From: Bryobacteraceae bacterium
GTDB taxonomy: Bacteria; Acidobacteriota; Terriglobia; Bryobacterales; Bryobacteraceae
Length of the DNA: 64,000 bases
Direction of reading: 5' to 3'
Assembly: GCA_035526195.1 (NCBI GenBank)
Contig: DATLCW010000021.1
Coordinates: 521 to 64,520 of the forward strand
The position numbers were made by a program, and so were the translations under genes. Below the pieces are notes generated by a model that was not told the origin of the DNA, searched no databases, and saw only the letters and a program-made list of their open reading frames with translations. The stretch's first letter is position 1, and each line of letters begins with the position of its first letter. This document shows, one piece after another, positions 9,749-16,453 of this stretch.

Positions 9749-9824
9749 GAAGCGCTCTCCCATAATGGAAAGCTCACGCCGCCCGTCCTCCCACCCAAAG
9801 AGGCTGGCGGGCGGCTTTCCTCAC

Positions 9825-9852
9825 CATTACGAAGTCCTTACGATTAGGTGTG
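9825..9852. repeat. RIT right terminal inverted repeat
   Basis: cattacgaagtccttacgattaggtgtg is the reverse complement of 6006..6033 with one mismatch. Confidence 0.85.
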
Positions 9853-9872
9853 TAATCGGAAGCTTCCGATTA
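9853..9872. repeat. Perfect 20-bp palindrome taatcggaag/cttccgatta between the right IR and the istA flank
   Basis: Read directly from the sequence. Each 10-nt arm differs by 1 nt from the IR core taatcgtaag (6012-6021; inverted at 9837-9846). Confidence 0.9.
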
Positions 9873-10223
9873 CTCGCCGGGATCGAAGTGATAACGACCC
9901 GCGGGCACGATGGGCTTCTGACCGATCCCCTGACGGCGGCAGAAGGCGGTCAGCGCCGCATACGAGAGCCGTGCCCCACTGGCCGCCAGTTCCTCATGGA
10001 CCCGCACCAGGTTCCCCTTGCACTGGCTCAACAGATCGAGGATCTGCTGCCGGTGTGGTTCTGCCTTCTCCTGCCGGAAGATGGGTGGAACAGAGGTGGA
10101 GTTCGAGCGCAGCACTTTGCGTACGCTGTGCCGCGACAACTTCAACACACGAGTGATCTCGCGTTTGCTCACTCCCTGCCGGTGCATTTCCAGAATCGCC
10201 GTTCGCTGTTCCTGACTCAGCAT
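9873..10223 (-). pseudogene. istA: IS21-family transposase IstA, N-terminal HTH part (117 codons)
   Basis: MLSQEQRTAILEMHRQGVSKREITRVLKLSRHSVRKVL is a typical IstA HTH. AAGGAG lies 13 nt upstream of the ATG. The frame runs into a TAA provided by the inserted palindrome. Confidence 0.85.
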
Positions 10224-11103
10224 GTGTTTCTGCTTGCTCCTTTTCCATTCGCTGTACCATCCGCTCCAACTGCCGGCTCGCTTGCCCGATTTTGTGTTGC
10301 ACCTGGTCCAGTTGCTTGCCGTTCATCTCCGCCAGGGCTTCGGGGAGCCGACGGCTGGCGCGTTCGATGATGGCTACAGCCATCTCCAGATCTCGCTCCA
10401 ACGCCGCTGCTTGTGTGGCGGCAGCTTGGGCCAACACCGGTGCTGGCGGTTGCCGCTGTGTTTTCAGAAACAGTTCCGGCGCGGCAAGAATGCGCGCGCG
10501 CACCACGCGTGAGCCACCGCGCCAAGCCGAGTACAGTTGCCCGGCTTCTCGCGTGTTCCAATGATGCGCGGCAAAAGCGGCGGCCATACGCTCGCAGTCT
10601 TCGACATTGACGCGTGCCACTGGCACCAGATACTTCATTGCCAGTTGCGCCGTGATCGTTCCTTCACGGACCTGCTGCTGGATCGCTTCTGGTAGAAGAT
10701 CGACCAGAGCCAGACGACGCGACACCCAACTCACGCTGCGGTCGAAGCGGCGCGCCAACTCCTGGAGCAAGTAGCCATGACGCTGTTCCATCTCACGCAA
10801 CAGCCAGCCTTGCTCCAGTGCCGTCTCCTGGTTGCTGAAACGTAACGTTCGGTCCAGCAGCAGGGCTTCGGCCTCGCTCATCGCCCAGACGGTTGCCTCG
10901 ACCGTGTCACGTCCCAACTTCTGGAGTGCCGCGATGCGTTTGCAGCCGTCGATCACCAGGAAGCGTCCGGCGCTCTCCACCACCACGATGGGGGATTGCT
11001 GTCCGCTGGTGGCAAGCGATGCCACCAGCCGCTGTTGCCGATCCGGATTCCCCGCGCGGAGATGTTCCAACCGGCGGTCGAGTTGATGAAACTCCAGTTG
11101 CAT
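9994..11103 (-). CDS. ParB/Srx N-terminal-domain protein (the C-terminal ~75 codons overlap istA and are probably read-through)
   Basis: SPIVVVESAGRFLVIDGCKRIAALQKLG (ParB-N motif), then the HTH-like LQELARRFDRSVSWVSRRL. After about 10223 the frame overlaps istA and becomes low-complexity. Confidence 0.7.
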   Translation of the reverse strand: MQLEFHQLDRRLEHLRAGNPDRQQRLVASLATSGQQSPIVVVESAGRFLVIDGCKRIAALQKLGRDTVEATVWAMSEAEALLLDRTLRFSNQETALEQGWLLREMEQRHGYLLQELARRFDRSVSWVSRRLALVDLLPEAIQQQVREGTITAQLAMKYLVPVARVNVEDCERMAAAFAAHHWNTREAGQLYSAWRGGSRVVRARILAAPELFLKTQRQPPAPVLAQAAATQAAALERDLEMAVAIIERASRRLPEALAEMNGKQLDQVQHKIGQASRQLERMVQRMEKEQAETHAESGTANGDSGNAPAGSEQTRDHSCVEVVAAQRTQSAALELHLCSTHLPAGEGRTTPAADPRSVEPVQGEPGAGP

Positions 11104-11139
11104 GCGAAAGCTGAATGTAGGGCCAGTGCCGGCAGTCGA

Positions 11140-11644
11140 TCAATATGCCGGGATTAACTCACGCCTCTGCTTCCAGCGCCGCTCCCGCTGCTGGACGCGC
11201 TCCATCGCGCGCCGGCACATCGGGGAACAGAAGCGTTGCAACGGACTTCGCCGCTGGTGCCGGTATCCCTGGCAGCAACCTGGCCGGTCGCAGCAGCCAT
11301 CGAAAAAACTTCTCAGTGATTACCCTCGCGGCCTCGCCAGCCGCCTCTTTTTCTGGCCGGTCCCGGCTGCGCACCCGCTCCCGGTAGCGCTGACTTTGGC
11401 CGTTGCGTTTCTGCTTGCCCGCCGTCATCGCCCGGTAGCGTTGCTGCGCTCTCCACCGCGACCATTCTCGCGCCGTCTTCCGGCAGCTCTCGCTACAGTA
11501 GCGCTGGGACGCCTGTCGGGGAGGAAAACGCTGCTCGCACCCTTTGACCAGACAGCGCCGCGTTCGCGGCCGGCGTGCCGATGCCTTACGCCGACCCGCC
11601 TCTTGATTTCCGGGATGACCTGTAGGATTCTCGGGAAGGCCCAT
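11140..11644 (-). pseudogene. Double zinc-ribbon protein split by a frameshift in a T6 (A6 on +) run at 11303-11308
   Basis: The first copy, CLVKGCEQRF..RYCSESCRKTAREWSRW, is in the listed ORF frame. A second copy, FFDGCCDRPGCCQGY..RFCSPMCRRAMERVQQRERRW, is read in the adjacent frame from the homopolymer to TGA at 11140-11142. Confidence 0.55.
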
Positions 11645-11996
11645 GGGAGGTAACGACTCCCAGAAGCTCCTGCCCCGGAGAGGAATATCACTCCTCTCCA
11701 GGGCGCAAACCTCCGGCTCAGTGCGAAATCAACACTGTAGCCGAAAACTGCCGACGGCTTCTCAATGCTGCCAATCTCCCCGGAAAGTATGGCCGTTGGC
11801 TCAGCTACAGGTTGCCTGGGTCATTCTTGGAAAGTACTGGTGGGTCGTTTCGGGTGCGCGCCGAAGTCTATCGCCGGAAGGTCGTGCCGCTGGAAAAGCG
11901 GAAGGCTTCGTGACGGTGCTTAACGTAGTGCCAAAATAGTGAAAGGTTTTGGGTGTTTCTTGAAGCCTGCATAACTCATTCATTTACAATTAATTA

Positions 11997-12035
11997 TGGA
12001 GCGGGAGACGGGGTGAGAACCCGCGACGTCCAGCT
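11997..12035 (-). other. Decayed 3' fragment of a tRNA-Gly-like gene (T-arm, acceptor 3' strand, UCCA); candidate att scar
   Basis: The minus strand reads GGACGTCGCGGGTTCTCACCCCGTCTCCCGCTCCA. This matches the bacterial tRNA-Gly 3' end (..GTCGCGGGTTCGAnTCCCGTCTCCCGCTCCA) except in the T-loop. No matching 5' acceptor strand (GCGGGAG) follows, so it is not a functional tRNA. Confidence 0.55.
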
Positions 12036-12228
12036 TATGCGAAATTAACCCCCTGTTTGTAAAATAAAAGACTTATACGTCCAGGGCGTTGTTTCTTGGC
12101 CATCTAACTCACTGATTCCTCGTGCCCGTTTTTCGGCGCCGTCCTTAATGGAGTAAATGGAGTAACGGCGTTTCCTGGCGTTTTGACCGGTGCGATTCCC
12201 CAGTGCCATCCGAAGCCATTTCCATCAA

Positions 12229-12462
12229 TTACAGATCCGCCGGCGTCAGTCCGGTCTTCTTGGCAAGTACCTTCATCGCCGTGGGGCCAAGCGTGACCCT
12301 GTCGTGGTAAGCGAACAAAACGTTCGGCCAACCGGGTCGCGCCAGGATGCGGTGCGACGTGCCGCTATGGCGCTTGATGGCCCAGCCGATGCGGAGCAAC
12401 GCGGCCAACGCCTGCTTCGCCTTAGTAGAGGGCCAGGTCTGGGATGAGTTCTTAGGCGGCAA
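12229..12462 (-). CDS. hicA: HicA-family type II toxin
   Basis: LLRIGWAIKRHSGTSHRILARPGW...YHD..LGPTAMKVLAKKTGLTPADL fits the HicA/YcfA pattern. It overlaps hicB by 11 nt. Confidence 0.7.
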   Translation of the reverse strand: MPPKNSSQTWPSTKAKQALAALLRIGWAIKRHSGTSHRILARPGWPNVLFAYHDRVTLGPTAMKVLAKKTGLTPADL

Positions 12463-12679
12463 TAAAGGAAACGTTCATCGGGCCCGGCACGGTTTCGCCA
12501 TGCTCCAACCGATCTGCGATTAATCGCAACGCCAGCGCCTGCACGGCCGCCGTCGCCTGCTTTCGGGTCCGTCCGTATGCCGTCACACCCGGTAGCGCCG
12601 CGATGTCGGCCAGCCAGCGGCCATCCTCTTCGCGGAAATACTCGATCGCCAGCGAGAAGCCGGTTGGGGACTTCGGCAT
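12452..12679 (-). CDS. hicB: HicB-family antitoxin (UPF0150 fold)
   Basis: FSLAIEYFREEDGRWLADIAALPGVTAYGRTRKQATAAVQALALRLIADRLEHGETVP fits the HicB N-domain pattern. Confidence 0.7.
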   Translation of the reverse strand: MPKSPTGFSLAIEYFREEDGRWLADIAALPGVTAYGRTRKQATAAVQALALRLIADRLEHGETVPGPMNVSFIAA

Positions 12680-12785
12680 GACTCCATCATGCCATCAATT
12701 TGGTGATTGGGGGAAGGCGCCTCAGCAAGAACCACGCAGGACGATCTTTTCGCAGTCCGTGCGTAGCGCGTATGCAGCAGCGGCA

Positions 12786-14342
12786 TCAGTGCGGAAGGAA
12801 GAGGCCGTAGCCCTGGTAGCGTCGGTCACCGACGATGAGCGGTCCTCTAATGGGTTCACTGAATTCGATACGAGCATGGGTGAGCACAGCCCATTCTCCT
12901 GGAGTCCGGTAGCGCTCGGCGCGACTGGTGTTTGGAAGGAGCGGCGATGGCGTGAGCATGATCGCGCACGCGTCCACCAATTCCCCTGGCAGGCCGATGT
13001 GTTTCAGGCTGGAGCGGAGCAACGCAGTCCATTCCGCGAGTTGGCGAAGGCGTCGTTCATTGCTCGTCAGTTCGCGCCTGCCGTCTGCCGAGTGCTTTGG
13101 AACCTTAAAGCCGCCGGCAAGGGCGACAGGAGTTACGGAGTGCCACACTCGACTGCAGCGCACAAGTTGTGACCAAACCTTGTCCGTTTCGGGTCCGTAA
13201 TCGAACAGCCGGAGGTGATAATATGACGCGCCGGCCCCGATGTCCTCTCCGTCCAATGACGCGCACAATACCTGATAAACATCGACTGCTTCGGACTTGA
13301 TCTCCGGGCGGGCATAGCCAACGAGCGCAATGCGCCGAACACGCCCATCGGCTTTCCCTTGAGAGTTGATCGACGGCAATGGTACAAATGCCAGGTGTGG
13401 CTGCTCGGTCCGCGTTGACTGACCTGGAGGATGACCGCTGATCAGCTCCCGAGCGAGATCGGGATCATCCCACCGTCCGCTGTCGAGTGCAAAATCAACC
13501 GCTCTTTGTCTGACTCGGCTACGCCAAATTCCAGCGTTCTCGGCGTCGCATGAAAGCGGCACTTCGTCGGGATCACCCCTCTCGGCAAGGAGTTGGAATA
13601 TCGCCACGTGAACAGGGCGCAGTCCCTCCACCACGCCACGAGCATAGCCCTGAGCGCGAAGGAATCGGCTCGCCGGTGATTTCCGGGTCCGGCCCGGCAC
13701 AGGCTTGGTGTGATTGCGGATTAGATCACGGGTTGTGCCGGGTCGAGCGGCCAACAGATCGACGTCGGCCGCTCCATCTGTCGGGCACCATGTCTCGCAA
13801 CCTCCTGCGTCGATCTCCCTCAAGCCAAGGCGTGCCTCAATCTGGTCCTCGGCGCGGCCGAGATACCGAACCTGGGCAGCCAGATCAGCAAGAACGACAC
13901 GATGTCGTTCCGCTGCCTCTTCCTCGGCAGCATTCTGTAATTTCCAAACGTAATCAATCCTAAGCGCGCTCGATTTCGCAACGGCCCGGTGCGATAGGGT
14001 TGGAGCGAGCAACATGGATGTTTTCGTCAAGTCCGTCTTGGCGGGATTGTTCTGAGGAATCGCGAGCCGGAAACGCGTCGCAGCATTGCGGTCTTCGGAG
14101 ATCGCCGATGCAAGGATCGTCGGCGAAGGCTGCTGTTCCACCCATCGGAGTGCGTCCAAAGCATCTTGCGCCAATTGCTCCTCCCTGCCCGGCGGGATAC
14201 CGGTCAACGCCGCCGCCATTAACGCCTGATGCAGTCGTCCCGGTGCCGGAGGCCAGTCCAGTTCCTCTTTCTGTTCCGGTGTGAGCCGTACGCCTTGGTA
14301 CGTATGGCCAACAAAGGCGCAATGCAGGACAAGCGACTTCAT
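12786..14342 (-). CDS. csb2: Csb2-like protein (type I-G/I-U Cas5/Cas6 fusion family), orphan
   Basis: The 518-aa length is typical. The N-terminus HTYQGV...ELDWPPAPGRLHQALMAAAL matches the (g)RYHG....EWPPSP.RLFQAL signature. The C-terminus EPIRGPLIVGDRRYQGYGLFLPH matches PV.GPl.lG..R..G.GLF.P. Confidence 0.65.
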   Translation of the reverse strand: MKSLVLHCAFVGHTYQGVRLTPEQKEELDWPPAPGRLHQALMAAALTGIPPGREEQLAQDALDALRWVEQQPSPTILASAISEDRNAATRFRLAIPQNNPAKTDLTKTSMLLAPTLSHRAVAKSSALRIDYVWKLQNAAEEEAAERHRVVLADLAAQVRYLGRAEDQIEARLGLREIDAGGCETWCPTDGAADVDLLAARPGTTRDLIRNHTKPVPGRTRKSPASRFLRAQGYARGVVEGLRPVHVAIFQLLAERGDPDEVPLSCDAENAGIWRSRVRQRAVDFALDSGRWDDPDLARELISGHPPGQSTRTEQPHLAFVPLPSINSQGKADGRVRRIALVGYARPEIKSEAVDVYQVLCASLDGEDIGAGASYYHLRLFDYGPETDKVWSQLVRCSRVWHSVTPVALAGGFKVPKHSADGRRELTSNERRLRQLAEWTALLRSSLKHIGLPGELVDACAIMLTPSPLLPNTSRAERYRTPGEWAVLTHARIEFSEPIRGPLIVGDRRYQGYGLFLPH

Positions 14343-14384
14343 TGCGATCTCTTGGAAGACTTAGGGGGAGACTTCGGTGCATTA

Positions 14385-14756
14385 CTAGCGTCCTGTACCC
14401 GAAGGAGTGGGGGAGGGAGCCGGCGCAGTCGGAAACTCCGCCCTGAGCGATTCTTTCGAGAGAGTGAACGGCCCAGCCTGGTCCGGTATCGCCAGGATCC
14501 CCTTCGTTTGAGTCGCCACGGCGGCGACCATCTCGCGGTTGGCGTAGAGGTTCCTCAGAGCGTTGCCATCCTGGTAAGTCGAATTACCACCGCGAAGATC
14601 CACCACGCCGGAATGCCGAGGACCTCTCGAACAAAGTGAACCACCTGCTCGGGACAGCCCGTTCAAGTAACCGTTGATGACAATGCGGTCGAAGTAGTGG
14701 TATACAAAAACGAGAAGATTGCTAAACAGCCGATGGAAGCGTTCCATAAGAATCAC
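14385..14756 (-). pseudogene. N-terminal fragment of a multi-copy IS-associated protein family, frameshifted
   Basis: MERFHRLFSNLLVFVYHYFDRIVINGYLNGLSR continues in another frame as PEQVVHFVREVLGIP. This is the expected continuation of the family as I recall it. The remainder of the gene is absent. Confidence 0.45.
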
Positions 14757-14776
14757 TCTACACGGGACTTGCAGAT

Positions 14777-15115
14777 ATGGGCCGAAGAAAGATCAAACGG
14801 GGAGCACGCAAAACAGAGGTGGCGGGCAAGGATTTTCGCCTCGCCGCAAAGATTGACTACATCCAGTGCCGCGCTGCTGAACACGACGATCGTATTGTAA
14901 CCATTGGTCCGCTGGCGCTGTTCTCAACTGAAACCGGCCATGCATGGCTGCTCGATCCCGCCGATCACCTCGCCGCGCGTGTGGCGCGGGATGGCGATCC
15001 GGAGGATCTTTACTTCGAGGAAACCGATACCAGCTTCGCCATCGGATGGAAGGGCAATCACCAGATACACGGCGATACCTTCGTCTTTGTCGATCGCGCC
15101 AAACCGCCCGCGTAA
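14777..15115 (+). CDS. Hypothetical protein, possibly frameshifted (continuation readable to 15312)
   Basis: The 112-aa ORF ends ...GDTFVFVDRAKPPA*. A different frame continues as QTARVTTIRGYPTSRLAQLDESEDFKYVWLAWD... to TGA at 15310-15312. Confidence 0.45.
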   Translation: MGRRKIKRGARKTEVAGKDFRLAAKIDYIQCRAAEHDDRIVTIGPLALFSTETGHAWLLDPADHLAARVARDGDPEDLYFEETDTSFAIGWKGNHQIHGDTFVFVDRAKPPA

Positions 15116-15608
15116 CCACCATCCGCGGCTATCCAACTTCCCGTCTCGCCCAGTTGGACGAATCGGAAGATTTCAAATATGTTTGGCTAGCATGGGATGC
15201 CGCCACGCTTGACAGAACCTACGATTCCGGCAATACGCTCTCCGCCAACGTGGCCGATTCCCACACCGGATACTTCCTAAACCGTCATGCGGAACCATCA
15301 AACAACCGGTGACCCGTCCATAACTCCTTGCCGGGAGCGCGCCCCCCGCTCGGCGCGGCACAGCTCTCTGAGACGCCCGATCACGGAACATTCCCATCCA
15401 TTCAGGCGGTCCAGCAGAAGTCCCTTTCTCGGACGCAATCCCACGCCTGACGGATGGTGAGTCACAAGCGTTCGAACACTTCCCCCAATCCGCGCAAACC
15501 ACAGATCAGCCGGCACATCGCACCCTGGTACTGCAAACCCCACACCCCGAAATTTGGAAACCCCATTGTATAGTCAAGTCGAGTAATGACTCGAAGGAGA
15601 CTACGCAT

Positions 15609-16424
15609 ATGAGCTTAGAGAAAAAACAAAACATAGCCCGGGAAAACGGCAGGAAATCGCATGGCCCCACCACTCCTGAGGGAAAACAGCGCTCCTCTCT
15701 CAACGGCATCACCCATGGCCTCGCCTCCAAATGCGTCGTACTTTCCAACGAATCCGAAGAGCTGTACACCGAACTTCTCACCGGCTACCAGAAGGAGTGG
15801 CAGCCCGCCTCCCTCACCGAACAGCACCTCGTCACCCAAATGGCGAACGCCTACTGGCGCCTGCGACGCATCTGGTCCATGGAAACCGCCCTCTTTGACT
15901 GCGAAATGTTCGAACAGAAACAAGACTTCGAAGCCGCATGGTCCAACCATCATCCGGCGATGCGCGTCGTTGATGCTTTCCTCCTCCTGCGGATCGAAAA
16001 CCCCCGCACCGTCGACGGTCTCCATCGCTACGAGATTCGCTATCAGAAGATGTTCAACGGCTCCCTCGACCGTCTTCGCAAACTCCGCCGCGACCGGAAT
16101 GCCCCGCCAGTGGCATTCCATCTGCCGGACCGTCCTCCAAACCCGTCGTCGTCTGCCGCTCCTGAAGCATCTCCCGGTTGGCTGGCGCGCTTCTTCACGA
16201 TGCTACTCGCAATCCTCAGCACCCTCAACCCGTGCTTACGCCCCGCAAAATTCCGCAAACAGGCGCGAAAAAGCATCTTCGTGCCGAGCGAACCAACCGC
16301 GCCGCCGGACCTACCCGTCTTCAACTTTCATCTTCCCGAAATCTTCTCATGGCTCTCCCTTTTCACCCGCGATTCCTCTCAAAACAACGGTGACGGAAAG
16401 GAAACCCCGGACGTAGCTGCCTGA
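15609..16424 (+). CDS. Conserved hypothetical protein
   Basis: AAGGAGA RBS upstream. The N-terminus NGRKSHGPTTPEGKQRSSLNGITHGL is a recurrent motif in an uncharacterized family seen in Acidobacteria and Planctomycetes. Confidence 0.6.
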   Translation: MSLEKKQNIARENGRKSHGPTTPEGKQRSSLNGITHGLASKCVVLSNESEELYTELLTGYQKEWQPASLTEQHLVTQMANAYWRLRRIWSMETALFDCEMFEQKQDFEAAWSNHHPAMRVVDAFLLLRIENPRTVDGLHRYEIRYQKMFNGSLDRLRKLRRDRNAPPVAFHLPDRPPNPSSSAAPEASPGWLARFFTMLLAILSTLNPCLRPAKFRKQARKSIFVPSEPTAPPDLPVFNFHLPEIFSWLSLFTRDSSQNNGDGKETPDVAA

Positions 16425-16453
16425 ATCCGGAGAAGCGATACAATAACGAATCC

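Larger units (their letters stand above)
6006..9872 (+). mobile_element. Recombinase-in-trio (RIT) element inserted in istA
   Basis: Three tandem tyrosine-recombinase genes with ATGA overlaps, bounded by 28-bp inverted repeats (27/28 match). The flanks rejoin in frame as ...HFDPGE|ELQHDTSPH... Confidence 0.75.

Noticed and set aside
9994-10222. The last ~75 codons of the ParB-like ORF as genuine coding sequence.
   Set aside because: They overlap istA out of frame and are low-complexity (…GTANGDSGNAPAGSEQ…PAADPRSVEPVQGEPGAGP). This is probably read-through caused by loss or displacement of the original stop. The full ORF coordinates are still reported because no earlier stop exists.
10224-10420. 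IS21 terminal inverted repeats immediately upstream of istA, matched against 3755-3913.
   Set aside because: Only weak, short similarities were found by eye (for example TGGGAACACGAC versus TGCAACACAAAA). This is not enough to call the IS ends, so the IS21 boundaries are left undefined.
12104-12331. 75-aa minus-strand ORF overlapping the hicA 3' end.
   Set aside because: It overlaps hicA in another frame and extends into AT-rich non-coding sequence. It has no RBS or motifs.
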